Below the pieces are notes generated by a model. The model worked only from the letters and a program-made list of their open reading frames with translations, made no database searches and was not told the origin of the DNA. A DNA stretch of 64,000 bases, taken from the NCBI GenBank assembly GCA_951406725.2, contig OX597817.1:149482001-149546000 (forward strand), in the 5' to 3' direction. Shown piece after piece: positions 14,161 through 28,819 of this stretch. Source of the DNA: Octopus vulgaris (lineage: Eukaryota). Made by a program: the position numbers and the translations under genes. Position 1 is the stretch's first letter, and the number at the start of each line of letters is the position of its first letter.

Positions 14161-14655
14161 GGACGTCTAAAATGACCATATTCCATTTACATAACACACA
14201 CGCACACACACACACACACACACACACGCACGCAAACACATACACAAATACATAATGCATATATATATTTTTGTGAGAGTAGGTTCAGTATACGGTTCAC
14301 TTCATCCCACTTCACCACCACAAGTTCTCGGGTTTGATCACACTGCGTAACATTTTGGGCAAATGTTTATAACCTTGCGTCGGTCCAAGTCTTACGAACA
14401 AAATTGGGTAGAAGGAAACTGTAGAGAAGACTGTCGAGTAGAGTATACCTGTACTTTCGAAGTTACAGCTTGTCATAGACTGTTATGCTGATTCTGACTG
14501 ATAATTATTGTTAGGAGTACTCGAGCTTGAGAAATGTTCTGCTATTGAAACGTTAGTTCAGGAGCAGGTAATTCGGTTGAAAGGTGGCGAGCTGGCAGAA
14601 TCGTTAGCACGCCGGGCGAAATGCTTGGTGGTGCTGGTGGTGGTGCTGGTGGTGC

Positions 14656-14720
<65 letters not shown>

Positions 14721-14963
14721 CGCTATTCCGGATTGTTAAACACTCCGCTGTCTGATATTGTGAATGAAGCGCGGGCATATAACCATGTGATTCAATGTAC
14801 TTTTCTAAGCATTAACGTGTGAGTATGTGTCTGTTTGTGTATTTTCGGGGGTGGGGGAACGGGGAGTGTACGTGCATATGCATTTCCTGCGTGCGTGTGC
14901 ATACTGTGCAGCGAGCGAATATGTTCAATATAATAAAGTCTCGTCGTTTATTTGAATCTGTCG

Positions 14964-15031
<68 letters not shown>

Positions 15032-15116
15032 TATTATTATTATTATTATTATTATTATCATCATCATCATCATTACTATTATTTTGTTATAATTATTATC
15101 ATCATTATCATCATTA

Positions 15117-15167
<51 letters not shown>

Positions 15168-15217
15168 CATCATCATCGTCATCGTAATCATCATCATCAT
15201 TATCATCATCATCGTTA

Positions 15218-15284
<67 letters not shown>

Positions 15285-15327
15285 CATTATTATTATTATT
15301 ATCATTATTATTATTATTATTATTATT
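14964..15327. repeat. Compound (TTA)n/(TCA)n trinucleotide tract
   Basis: Directly visible. Confidence 0.97.
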
Positions 15328-15940
15328 TTTGCGACAAAGAAATTAAATAAGAAATGATGAAAAGTATCCCAATTACATTTATGAATTTAGTTAATTTCCG
15401 TTCGACATCTATCGCCTGTCCATGAACGGGATGGGCTGTATTCCTGTTTGAGGGGAGGGGGGAATTAAACATATTTTTCGATTGACTGTTCATTTACTCC
15501 AATTCTACGTTACCTCCTTCTCACCCCCACCCCCACCCCTCCGCCACTCTCTATATCTAAATATATGCCTCTCTGCCTGTCTATCAATCATGCTAACTTC
15601 TTTTTCTCACTCGTTGTTTTTTCTCGTGTTTTTTCTCGGTTTTCGTGTGTTTTTTTTCTTAATCCTTCTCATTGTCTTCTCTCTTTCTTCACACACATCG
15701 TTTTTATTTTTCTCGTACAACGTTAGTAAAGGCCTTACATGTCTCATACACACAGATACATAACAAATAAGCGAGGTTGCTCATAAAATCCATTAGAAAC
15801 AAGAAAACCGCACACAAACAGACACACGAACACACATCTACGTATATATGTGTTCATAGATGTAAGCATAATATATGTGCATATGTGTGTACGTATACGC
15901 ACAACATATACATACATGCATTATATATGTATACGAGCAA

Positions 15941-16170
15941 GGGCGGCGAGCTGGCAGAAACGTTAGCACACCGGGCGACCTGCGTAGCCGTATTTCGTCT
16001 GTCGTTACGTTCCGTGTTCAAATTCCGCCGAGGTCGACTTTGCCTTTCATCCTTTCGGGGTCGATAAATTAAGTACCAGTTACGCACTGGGGTCGATGTA
16101 ATCGACTTAATCCCTTTGTCTGTCCTTGTTTGTCCCCTCTGTGTTTAGCCCCTTGTGGATAGTAAAGAAA
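15941..16170 (+). mobile_element. Full-length family A SINE
   Basis: Near-identical to the 12703 copy; 19-bp TSD tatatatgtatacgagcaa at 15922-15940 and 16171-16189. Confidence 0.95.
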
Positions 16171-16559
16171 TATATATGTATACGAGCAAAACGCCCCCCG
16201 TCCAATGGACGGTGCTGAGTTGTCAAACATTTAAACCAAATTTTCTCAAAACAACTTGTCCGACCGTCCCATAGGCCTCCCCTTTGAAATGCACTGATTT
16301 AACCTAAATTTGAGACACCAGAAAAAGAAGAAATAAAGACAGACTTTTTTTCTATTCCAAAGAAAAACGATTTTATTCACACAAATATGCAATCGAAGAG
16401 TTTAAAGTACCAGTAATGATAAGGCTGTTGACTGGGAGAACACAAACATGGTTTAAACAGTAAGCTTGGCAGAAAAGAAACGTGCCTTTAAGCAGTACAA
16501 AAACAACAAAAAATGGAAGGTGCAGTTATGTGTAGGTTGACGGAAGAAAAGCAGGACAA

Positions 16560-16738
16560 AAACGGCTTTATCGATCGCATTCTCACCTGGAATCGATTTT
16601 TGTAATTTTTTCATAGCTTTTTGCACGCCCTGATACCGTTGGTATCTTCATATCAAATTTGAACGCAATCGGATGGAGGATGCCCGAGATCCTAGAAGAC
16701 ACACACAGAGACAGACAGAACGTATTTTACATAATAGA
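16560..16738 (-). mobile_element. 5' fragment of a non-autonomous Helitron-like element
   Basis: Minus strand begins a|TCTATTATGTAAAA followed by ctgtctgtc/(tg)n and ccgatt..aaattt, the same layout as the 46375 Helitron 5' end; left boundary approximate. Confidence 0.6.
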
Positions 16739-16814
16739 TATGCATGTATATGTGTGCATTCATGTATACAAATGTATACGCATATTTATGTGTATGTATG
16801 CAATATGTATCTGT

Positions 16815-17110
16815 GAGGGCGCATGGTCTAGGGGTTTGGGGGTTGCACCCACGATCTAGCGATCGTGGTTTCAATTCCTAGACTGGGTGATGCATTGTGT
16901 TCTTAAGCAAAACACTTCATCTGGCGCTGCTCTGCGATCGCTTCGACACATGACGCGTGGCTCATCGTACACCTCTTGAGACAACGTCAATTAGATGGAG
17001 AGCATGAGCTAATGTACAGCACATAGATTTGATCACTATAAACAAATCAATTGTGCAGGGCATTCGGCAAAAGCTGAACTCTCATACGTCGTCTTCGACG
17101 AGAGAATCTA
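16815..17110 (+). mobile_element. tRNA-derived SINE with CORE-like block and a distinct tail (F)
   Basis: gagggcgcatggtctag..gatcgtggtttcaattcctagac head; ttgtgttcttaagcaaaacac CORE-like block. Confidence 0.7.
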
Positions 17111-17521
17111 TCACAGCATATGTATTTATACATATAAACACTTATGTACTTGCATAAATGAATTTATATGTCCATTTACGCATGTTCATATGCATATGTC
17201 TTAGTAATTTCATAGCAACGGGATTCTAGCGAAGATGCGTAAACCCGACAATGAACTGCTAACAACAGCCATTCAAGCAATGTTTCTATTAATTTGGGTG
17301 TGAAAAGATATACCAATTGGCCTTATAAATTCAATCATTTCTACTATTTTAAGAACAGATACAAATTAGATTTTGGCAACTATAGAAGAATCGTCCTTTT
17401 GTCAACTGCTGGAAAAATTCCATCTAGAATCATAGCCACCCGATCCCTTCCACTATTAAAGACTTCTTTGTTCTCAATTGGGTTTTCAACCACCCAAAAC
17501 TAGTGTATATATATATGTATG

Positions 17522-17586
<65 letters not shown>

Positions 17587-17990
17587 GGACGTACGCACGG
17601 CTGTGTGATAAAATTTGTTTTCCAACAAACCACATGATTATGGGTTCAGTCCCACTGTGTGGCACCTTGGGCTAGCGTCTTCTACTATAACCTCGGGCCG
17701 ACAAGAGTCTTGTGAATTAATTTGGTAGACGGAAACTAAAAGAAGCCCGTCATATATGTATGTATATATGTGTGTGGTGGGGTTTTATGTTTGTCTGCCA
17801 TCACCGATTGACAACCTTTGTCGATGTACTTTAGTCTCCGTAACTTAGCTTTTCGGCAAATAAAACGGATAGAATAAGTAGCGGGCTCTAAAAAGAAATA
17901 AGTACTCTAGATGATTCATTCGACCAAAATTTTCTGAAGGTGGTGATGGAGCATGGCCGCAGTCTAATGACTGAAACAATCAAAAGATAA
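17587..17990 (+). mobile_element. Family B CORE-type SINE
   Basis: gggttcagtcccactgtgtggcaccttggg; tail gcatggccgcagtctaatgactgaaac. Confidence 0.9.
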
Positions 17991-18096
17991 AATATGTGGA
18001 TGTATGTATGTGTGTGCATATATGTATATATATGTGAGTGTATATATACATGTATGTGTGTGTATATATATAACTATGTGTGTGTGTATCTATAAC

Positions 18097-18137
<41 letters not shown>

Positions 18138-18217
18138 AAATATGTGTATGTATGTATGTATGTATATATTTATGTATGTGTTTAAATACGCATTTATATA
18201 TATATATAGGTATGTAT

Positions 18218-18250
<33 letters not shown>

Positions 18251-18282
18251 CGTGTGTGTGTATATATATGTGTGTGTCTTTG

Positions 18283-18359
<77 letters not shown>

Positions 18360-18792
18360 CTACATATGTATATATGTGTATGTGTGTGTGTAAATACGTG
18401 TGTGTCTCTCGGTTTCTTTCATCTACCCTCTCCACTTAAACAAGTCAAGAATCATAAGAGATTCACAAGTGTTTGAATCAAACTCGAATTTTGGGGGGTT
18501 TTTTCGTTCTGAATGAAGATCAGCCATTTTTCTTACTAGTTCTTTATTCTTGTCTCTTCTCTCTCCTCCCCTCACTCTCCCTCACTTTCTCTCCCCCTCC
18601 CTCTCTCTCTCTCTCTCTCTCTCTGTTTGTCAAGTTATACGTCTCTTCCACTCAGAACACTGTACCTTAATATTGCCCCGCCCTTTACATCTACCCCCTA
18701 CTCATCCTTTACGGGCCGGCATTCTTCTTGAGATGTTCGTTAGTGATATTCTTCATGTTAACATCTCTCTCACACATACGCACAACGCTCTT

Positions 18793-18823
<31 letters not shown>

Positions 18824-19339
18824 GCACGCATACTCTAAACACCTGACTATCCCACCACTATTTGATTTCTCGTAAAGTATTACAGCTGACGTCATTCTTG
18901 GCTCATTCATCACATCTCTCTCTCTCTCTCTCTCATGATCCACTTCAGCCAACTCACATATACTCTCTCTTTCTGTCTCTTTCTCATTCCCCCTCTCTCA
19001 CTTGCACACACTCAACCTACTATTCTGTACGCATCCCGTCACCAGACCACGTGCAATGCACACAAATAACTTTACGTCATCTCACTGTCTATTTTCTCAT
19101 TTTTTTCTCCCCAAGTCGAGACATATGTAACATAACTTTTCCCTCAGCGGTTGTTTGCCTTGCTAGAAATAACACCAAGTTCAAATCCAGCCAAGAAGAA
19201 ATATGCCTCTTTTCCTTGCAGGGTCGATATTATAGAGTACGAATGAAATCCTGTGGTTGATAGTATCGACTAACTCCTCATACATCAAAATTGCTCGACT
19301 TGTTAGTGAATTAGAGACCATTAGTTACCATAACATAAC

Positions 19340-19620
19340 TGGCATTTCGTCGGTTACGAAGACGAAGGTCCTAAATGATCTGAGGAAGAGAACAGCCTGC
19401 TCGTGAAAATAAGGCGGAAGTGGCTGAATACTCCACAAACAAGCGTACACAACGTAATTCTTTGGGAAATTCAGCTTCACACAGATTGTGAAAAGACTGG
19501 CCCTTTGAATTACAGATACAACGCATTTTTACCAGCTGAGGAGACTGGAGCAACATGGAAGAACATGCCTTGCTCAAATACACAACGCGTCGTTTGGTAT
19601 CGAACCAACAACCTTATGAC
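19340..19620 (-). mobile_element. Diverged CORE-type SINE with tail E
   Basis: Inverted similarity to 5200-5440 and 56486-56665. Confidence 0.7.
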
Positions 19621-19672
19621 TGTATGCAGAATACCCCTAAGCACAAAGTCACGCGCCTTTCACTTACCTTAA

Positions 19673-20139
19673 CCCTTTCGTTACTAACCTGGCTGAAACT
19701 GGCTCTTGCTCTGAGTACAAATGTCTTGTTTTCATAAGTTTTGAATTAAAATCTTCCACCAAACCTTAGTCACAATTTATGTTCCTAACACTAGCTTAAT
19801 GATAACTAAGTTATTTTACAATATTCTTGAAATTTAAAGTAATTGAAGGCGGCGAGCTGGCAGAGTCGTTAGCACGCCGGACAAAATGCTTAACGGTATT
19901 TCTTCTGCCGTTACGTTGTGAGTTCAAATTCCGCCGAGGTCGACTTTGCCTTTCACCCTTTCGGGGTCGATTAAATAAGTACCAGTTATGCACTGGGGTC
20001 GGTGTAATCGACTTAATCCGTTTGTCTGTCCTTGTTTGTCCCCTCTATGTTTAGCCCCTTGTGGGTAGTAAGGAAATATATATTTAAAGTAATTGGAAGA
20101 AACACAGAGCATCTCAAAATAAATACAGTAACGAAAGGG
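19673..20139. mobile_element. piggyBac-type MITE, interrupted by a SINE
   Basis: TTAA duplicated at 19669-19672 and 20140-20143; TIRs CCCTTTCGTTAC / GTAACGAAAGGG. Confidence 0.9.
19848..20081 (+). mobile_element. Full-length family A SINE nested in the piggyBac MITE
   Basis: Consensus-like sequence; TSD atttaaagtaattg at 19832-19845 and 20082-20095. Confidence 0.95.
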
Positions 20140-20750
20140 TTAACATACAAAATCTTAAATTCTATAAGAGGGAAATTAAAGTAGATTTTATGTAATTTCA
20201 TTCTACTGAATCAGTGAAAAGATATGCAAATCGTTTATTTTCCTTTTTTCATTAATTTTCTTCTGTACTTCATCATGTGACTTCGCTGTTTCGCTGTTGT
20301 TTGAATTCCAATAATAAAAGCGTGTTTCTTAGATTGAGCCAGGGTATGTCTCCTTTGAAGATAATTTTAAATAATAAAGGAAATGTTTCCGTATTTATAT
20401 TCCTCTAACATTTTGTGTGTGTGTATAAATACGTGTATTTAAGAATATATATAACGCGTAGCCATCCGTGTAGTCGTGTGATTGGGTGGATATTAAGATA
20501 AATGGGCAGACAGCTCGCACTCTCTCTCTCTCTCCCTCACTCCCTCTCTCTCTCTTTCTCCCTCGCGCTCCATACACACACACACACATATATATATATA
20601 TAATTTTAAAAAAGAAAACTGAAATTTAGAACTTTATTTTTTTTCTTTTTATTGATCGAATATACTAAACGACAAATTTGTAGAAACAATTTATATGAAG
20701 CGTCAGTATACATATATACACACCCTGCGTGTGCATCTATGTGTGTATAG

Positions 20751-20799
<49 letters not shown>

Positions 20800-21387
20800 G
20801 TATGTGCATTATGTATGCATATGTATAAATATATATTTTTACATGCTTTTATGTATAAAAATATATAATTATATATGCTAATACATATATATATAAATTT
20901 ACATACACTTACACACACACACACACTTATATATATACATTCACATAAACATGAATGTACTATATATATATGTGTGTGTGTGTGTGTATGTGTGTGTGTG
21001 TGTGTGTATTTATATATACATATATATATATGTGTGTGTGTATGTGTGTGTGTGTGTGAGTGAGTGAGTGCATGTGTGTGTAAACATGTGTGTGCGTTAT
21101 AAAATATTGGAAGAAATAGACAATATAGCGGCCTCTATTGATAGATAATCACATAGAATGAGATTCTGTGACAATAAATTTGTTGGTAATTTGTCTGAGT
21201 TTTATCAAAACTTGCTTACTTCAAATATACCAATTAGTTTCCTAGATAATAGGATATTAATTCTATACATCAGTTTTTCCTATGTAAATAATAGCACAAC
21301 TATAGGTTATCTTATGTCAAATATTTTTCCTGCTCGGCTATCTTTCTAAATATGTCGCTGGCTTCTCGCTCGATGTCATTAAAGCGT

Positions 21388-21474
<87 letters not shown>

Positions 21475-21969
21475 GCTGATCGGTTCCTCTCTTGTATTCT
21501 CTAGTTTTTTGGTTTGTTTGTTTCTTTTTGTATATTTTGCTTTTCTGCTTTGACTTCAATTTTTTGTAATAATATAGGTCTGTTGACCCATTACGTATCT
21601 CTTCTCTCGCACACACTCTCTCTCTTTCTCTCTCTCTTTCACTCTATCTGTCTCTCTATTTATCTATCTATTTATCTATCTATCTCACTCTCTGTGTTTA
21701 AGTGTCTGTGGGTATGAAGACAGATAGGTAACTCTATGAATGCTCCTATCAAATAAGTATATATATATATATATATATGTAGATATGGGTGTGTATATAT
21801 GTGTGTGTGTTTGTGTGTGTACATATATGAAAACGTATATAACGAATGTATTATATATATATATATAGAGAGAGAGATAGATATATATATATATATATAT
21901 GGTATTTTATATATATATAATATATATCATATATACATTGCATTTATTTTATGAGTAATTTATTTTATT

Positions 21970-22097
<128 letters not shown>

Positions 22098-22288
22098 ATA
22101 TATATATAATATATAATATATATATATATATATATCAAAAGTGGGGAGTGGAAGAATGTATTTATATGTAACCGTATATACGTGCATTTAAATGACATTT
22201 ATATTTTCCATTAAATTATAATCAATTCAATTTTATTCGTTTTCTGTTCGCCGTCTATAATTTTGTATGCAAACTTACTCGCATGTGT

Positions 22289-22355
<67 letters not shown>

Positions 22356-22625
22356 TTTGTTTCTAAAGTGACCAATGTTTATGTGAAATAAATAAACGGA
22401 AAAGAATGAATAGCTAATACACCCATATAAAGGAAATATTCCTGTCTTTGCCTTACAGTAACATTCTTTCATTTTCCTTTCTCTCCACTACTCTTTATTA
22501 GCTTCAACAGTATTATATATCGCGTAATATTATTATCTATATATTTTAAATGTATTTGCGTACGAGTATATGTATACAGCGTCGCTTTCTCTGTGTCTGT
22601 TCATAGACTGATTTATAGTTGGATG

Positions 22626-22729
<104 letters not shown>

Positions 22730-22999
22730 TTGTGCTTGAGGGCTGAGAAGGAATGTGTGTGTGTGAAAGAGAGAGTGAGTATTCAGCACAAGGAAATAGT
22801 GAAATCTATATTGCTAGAGTCCAATCAAAATAATACATCGTCAGTTCAAGTTTTATACCAAGTCAAAACTTAAGTAAAGTTCAGATGGCAAACAAAACTG
22901 TCGACTCGAAAAACACTGTGCACTTATGTAAAAATAAATTGTTACTTGTAGCAGTTAAAGGGACACATTTCATAACATAAATATTGCTTTCTAATCATA

Positions 23000-23166
23000 G
23001 ATTGCATCGACCCCCAGGGTTCAACTGATGCTTATTTCATCAAGGATGACAGGCACAGGGTGACATGCAAAATTAGCCTCGGTGGATTGTGAACTCAGAA
23101 CGTGAAGCCGGATGAAATGCCACTAAGGTTGTCCTGCGCGTTAGCGATTCTGTCTGCTCGCCGCCT
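23000..23166 (-). mobile_element. Degenerate family A SINE; similar degenerate pieces at about 3100-3250(-), 4070-4155, 4920-5070(-), 14583-14626, 29500-29720, 36900-37075(-), 42360-42730, 53470-53585
   Basis: gaactcagaacg..gaaatgcc..gctcgccgcc motifs. Confidence 0.75.
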
Positions 23167-24125
23167 TATCACATATAAATATTAGTAAGAATGAGCTTTT
23201 TCCCTTGAGGAGCTACAGAATTATATAAGAAATAAAAATACACTAGTGGGCCTACGCACGACGCTCACTTTTGATTAAAACACATTTTTCTTGGTTAAAA
23301 CACATTTTTAGGAAAATAACGTCGTCTACGATAGATATCTAACAAATTTCCTCAGTTTATTCTCCTAACAACGAAGATGGATAATTAGAGAGGGATAGTT
23401 ATCTGTAGCTATATAAAACGTAATTGGCGAATGGTATAATAAAATAAAGATATTGTGCAATAATCAAGTTTTTGTAATAATGTTCTAATCAAGAGATCTC
23501 GTCTTGTAGTATTTTGGAAGGTGCTTGTTGAAATGTCGACATTTTGTAAATATTATAGAGCTTGCATTTCGATACTTTTCAAAATTATGATCGTTACTTG
23601 CTGTTTGAGGGTTTTCTCCTTTATGCATACCACGCATCTTTATATCACAATTCAATATGGCCTACACAAAACAAGGATCTTTCAGTTGATGTTCAAATCA
23701 ATAGAATACTCTTTCAAATTCTAGCTTTAATTAAATGATGTTTTATTCTTTGTTTTTGATACGTCTGCAATAAGAGGTTTTATCTGAAGATTTCAATATG
23801 CCACGAGTAACTTTATTTAAATTTTCAAATCGTTATACTACCGCAGTTACTGTGTACTATATTGAGATTCAGTCTCATGCAGATGAGTTGTTTCCTATAA
23901 TACTGCTTCATTATAACACGGTTGATTATATGTGTATATATAACCCATGTATATATGCGGGTGTGTATATACACATACATATATATCTGCGTGTATTTGT
24001 GTGTGTATGGGCATGCGTGAATGGCCTATGTGTACGTATACGTTTATCTGTGTATACCTGTGAAGGGCTTGTACATATCTATGTATGCATGTGTAGATAT
24101 TAGTAAATGTGTGTTTATGTACGTG

Positions 24126-24183
<58 letters not shown>

Positions 24184-24386
24184 GCAAACAACGTGCACAT
24201 GGAAGTACTACCGGCCGAAAGCTCCGCATACTGGAAGCAAGCAGGTGTATGGGGTCATCAGGAGAGAATGCTCGCCGTTTCGGGGTCTACGTTTCGGCGG
24301 CATCATTGCGCACCAGCCAGGCTCACTGATATGAGGCCACGCTTGCTAGATCAAGCAATATATGTATATTAATTAATATATAGTTA

Positions 24387-24455
<69 letters not shown>

Positions 24456-25396
24456 CATATATTTATATATATTTATATATATATATCTTTATATGTATAT
24501 ATATTTATATGTATATGTAAATATATATATTATACATATATATATTTATATATATATCTATTTATATAAATTTATATATATGTGTGTGTGTACATACATA
24601 TATATTATTTATATATATATATTATATAGCAAATAAGAAAATAACTGGGTACACTACAAGCAGTATAATGGATAGGTACTATCCCTTACTTGGTTTCTCA
24701 ACCGTTAACTCACACAGAAATATATATATATATATAGTTTTATTTATTAATATTTATATATATATATTTATCTGTTTATATATATATGTGTATATATATA
24801 TATATATATAGTTTTATTTATTAATATTTATATATATATATATATATTTATCTATTTATATATATGTGTATATATATATACACATATATATATGTTTGAA
24901 TCTGTATATATACTTGAAAATACATATACAACCACACTACACACGAATACTAACTCACTCACACACACACACACACACACTCACATACATAGATCGTTCA
25001 GACGAAGCTGTGTATCTAAGCGTATTTCAAAATTCGTTGAAATCGCAAAAGAAAAATTTCCTGCTTAAAGAGGCTTTTTTTGTCTTAATTTCTTTTTTTC
25101 TTTTTTTTAATATGAGACTATTTTTGTCTTTCCATAGTGTTCAGCAGCGGGAGAGTTTTCTTGAAATTAATAGAATATTAAAAAGAACTTCATTTCCTGT
25201 ATACTTTTCAATTTTTCGAAAATTCTCTGGGGCGGGGTTAATTTTAATTCTGTTGTCGTTGATATCTTTCGCTTGTTTATGTTTTTTTCTTTTCTATTTC
25301 CTTCACTAATATTTCAACTTTCAATTATTCTTGTAATTGATTTTGATAAATAGAATCAGACATTTTCTCGTGCACATATTCATACAACATTTACGC

Positions 25397-25432
<36 letters not shown>

Positions 25433-25594
25433 CGTGTGTATGTATATATATAATACTGTATATATGTACGTATATGTATACGTACATATCTATACACGTA
25501 TGTATTTATATATAACATATTTTCAATCAATTAATCTTAATTAATTGATATTTCTTGGTTTGTTTATGTGTGTTAAATGTGTATACATTTATAC

Positions 25595-25634
<40 letters not shown>

Positions 25635-25754
25635 TTTACGTACATATGTAATGTTAGCATGTATATATACATATATGTGTGTGTGTGTATATATAGAGAG
25701 AGTGGGAGTGAGAAAGAGAGCCAGGGAAATTGGCAGGTAGACAGATAGGCTGAC

Positions 25755-25966
<212 letters not shown>

Positions 25967-26515
25967 GTCTATTCTATTCCCATTCCCATGTAAGATGCAT
26001 TATAAGAATATTAAATCGATCCAGATCTTGGGTGGTACATTTTCTATAATAACCAAAAGGCTGGAAATAAAGATGGCGGGATTGGAACTCAGAACGTAAA
26101 AGTCTATACTTAAATATATCTCAGGGATTTCAACCAACCTTCTAGCGATTTAATCAATCTGCCTCCTGTGATTGGTCTTATCGATTGATCAATCACTCAG
26201 ATAAATTTAGATATTTGTTATTTCGTGTTCGTCTTGTATCAAACACTTACTTGGTCGTTTTACTGGTTGAACTTAACGAGCAGAAAGCCAAATGGGATGT
26301 TCAGTGTTATTTTAATATACAGGAGTGTATAGATTAACTATGTAAACATACTTGCAATTGTATGAGCAAAAACATGTTCATAGTAATTTCGTTCAATAAG
26401 TTAAAGCATTCATGCAAATCTTACTTAATATAAACACCTTATATCGCGTGTATTCCTGTGAGTGAGTGGGAAGGTGTATGTATACATGCATGTTTGTGTG
26501 AGTGTATGTGCACCT

Positions 26516-26719
26516 GAGAGTAAATCAAAGCCAAGGTTTATTTATGCTTAACAACTGAATGAATTTAATAAAAGCATCTAAATATGAAACATCATAAAAG
26601 TTTGTTCAAACTGAAATCCTTCTTGAACGACACATTTTTCCATTCGAGTCAATACTGAATTACGGATAGTATTTATGGAATTTTGATTTACTGTCGAGTG
26701 ACTTTTGGCCAACCCTGTA
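26516..26719 (-). mobile_element. Tc1/mariner-superfamily deletion derivative
   Basis: TA+CAGGGTTGGCCAAAAGT terminal repeat at the right end; encodes SVLTRMEKCVVQEGFQFEQ, resembling the R..C...G..FE transposase C-terminus; partial opposite TIR gagagtaaatcaaa at 26516. Confidence 0.7.
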
Positions 26720-26873
26720 TATATATATATATACACACACAGCCACTCCGAAATGCAAGCATTCATAAGTCTGGTTAGAGGGCGCTTCGACCTGACTTGG
26801 TGTGTTTAGACTTCTTTGTCTACAGAAATAAATTTTCTCCATGAAAAAATACAATCAATGGCGTTCTTACGGG

Positions 26874-27025
26874 TTGGGTTCAGTCCCACTGCGTGGCACC
26901 TTGGGCAAGTGTCTTCTACCATGACCTCGGGCCGACCAAAGCCTTGTGAGTTGATTTGGTAGACGGAAACTGGAAGAAGCCCGTCGTATATATGTATATG
27001 TATATATGTATGTGTGTGTTTTTTT

Positions 27026-27080
<55 letters not shown>

Positions 27081-27280
27081 GTGTGTCTGTGTTTGTCCCC
27101 CCAACATCGCTTGACAACTGATGCTAGTGTGTTTACGTCCCCGTAACTTAGCGGTTCGGCAAGAAAGGCCGATAGAATAAGTACTAGGCTTACAGAGAAT
27201 AAGTCCTGGGATCGATTTGCTTGACTAAAGGCGGTGCTCCAGCATGGCCGCAGTCAAATGACTGAATCAAGTAAAAGAGT
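26874..27280 (+). mobile_element. Family B SINE, 5'-truncated
   Basis: gggttcagtcccactgcgtggcaccttgggcaagtgtcttctac; complete tail. Confidence 0.93.
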
Positions 27281-27290
27281 ATATATATAT

Positions 27291-27677
27291 AAACTTTGAT
27301 AAACTTAGATATGTTTCGACCAAAGATTGGTCCAAGCCATGTCTAACTTAATAGCACCACCCGATATGATTATCTTCACTTAAACAGGATTTAATCCTGT
27401 TTAAATCAAGTTTTGTTTATGGTCTATTCAAGTAGTGAGTTCTTGTCGAGTGAGTTGTATCCAGGTATGGGTGGCTTATCGGTATTCCTTGAAGAAATCT
27501 GTCCAGACTCCGTTTAAAGGTGATGGGATCCTGTTCCTCTTTGATCTCTTTCGGGACAGTGTTAAACAGGACAGGGCCTGTTAAGGTAAAGAAATTATGT
27601 CGCAGTGTACCTATATGCTGTGATCCTGAATTGGGCAGGGGACGTGGTCACAGCCTTGGATGAACCTTGAAACTAAT
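27291..27677 (-). mobile_element. 3' end of a CR1-group LINE (ORF2 C-terminal remnant plus 3' UTR)
   Basis: Minus-strand translation TLRHNFFTLTGPVLFNTVPKEIKEEQDPITFKRSLDRFLQGIP/DKPPIPGYNSLDKNSL with one stop and one frameshift; fits the GP.LFN.LP..FK..LD.FL CR1-type C-terminus. Confidence 0.85.
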
Positions 27678-27734
27678 ACATGAGTCTGTGTATTGTCTCT
27701 GTCTCTACATGTGCGTGCGTGTGTCCGTGTGTGT

Positions 27735-27775
<41 letters not shown>

Positions 27776-28819
27776 TACGTATGTGAAGTTCACCTTTGAA
27801 TTTCAAGTATACTTGACTTTCCATCCCTCGTTTGACTAATCTAATCATCTAATCCAAAAGTGGATGCTAGTGTATTGCAACTAACTTTGGATATAGGGAC
27901 AGTAAATACAAGGTTTGTTTGGGGTTTTTTTTATTTTCTTGTTTTTAATAATCAGGAGCTGTTGTTTTTGAAACACCACTGAAATTATTAATATTCAAGT
28001 TGAGATCTTGACGAAAATTTACCGGGGATGTTTACCCTTTCTCTCTATATATACACTAAAAGCTATTGGTGTTGCTGTTGTGGGCGACGTGTTGTTTCTA
28101 GATCGCTTTTGTACTTAGTTACCACTATGATAAAACTGGATATTGTAAACTAAGAAATTTTAATTAATTAAAAATTAATCAATTAGAAATTACATAAAAT
28201 TACACTTAGTGATGAGAAGAAACCATTATTTAAATGATTATTAAAGATAAAAAAGAAGAATAGACAAACCTGAAATTTTAATTAATGAAATTTAATTAAA
28301 TATAGAATAAAGTATATAGAAATCTGATATTCAATAGGGGGTGGCAATTTTGATTTAATTAGACCGTCTCGGTGAATCGTAGTCTAAGGCTGAGTGGATC
28401 GCTTGGAGATTATGTATACCTTGTTGACAAACAAAATCTTGTAACATTCATGATAAATATATAAGGCCTGAACGAGGATTTTATGCTGTTTCGTTCGGGC
28501 ACTCATAAGTAATCTAACATATGTTCTTATTTCCAATGAATTGGGAAGATGTAAGTAAAACAGTTTGAAGTGGGATGTCTACTGCACCATGGCGTTAGAT
28601 ATTGTGTAGAGAAACAAACATATACAACACACACACACACACACACACACACGTGTTCCTGGTTTACGTAGTGTGTCCTAGAAAGGAACTGAAAATACAT
28701 TGGATTTTTTTCATTCAGTTTTCCACTAACTTGTCAAGGAAAGGGGCTTTGCAGCCAAGCGATATATCTTCGGTGTGATGGTCTTATTTTGAAACGTACG
28801 GAGGCTGGGATTTTTCGCA

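Noticed and set aside
23241-23510. Helitron 3' end on the minus strand
   Set aside because: CTAG is present but there is no clear subterminal hairpin or matching 5' TC end
27230-27280. Hammerhead in the SINE B tail (hairpin + GAAAC-AA-GTA in most copies)
   Set aside because: No CUGANGA segment or stem I upstream in any copy; better explained as a LINE-derived recognition hairpin
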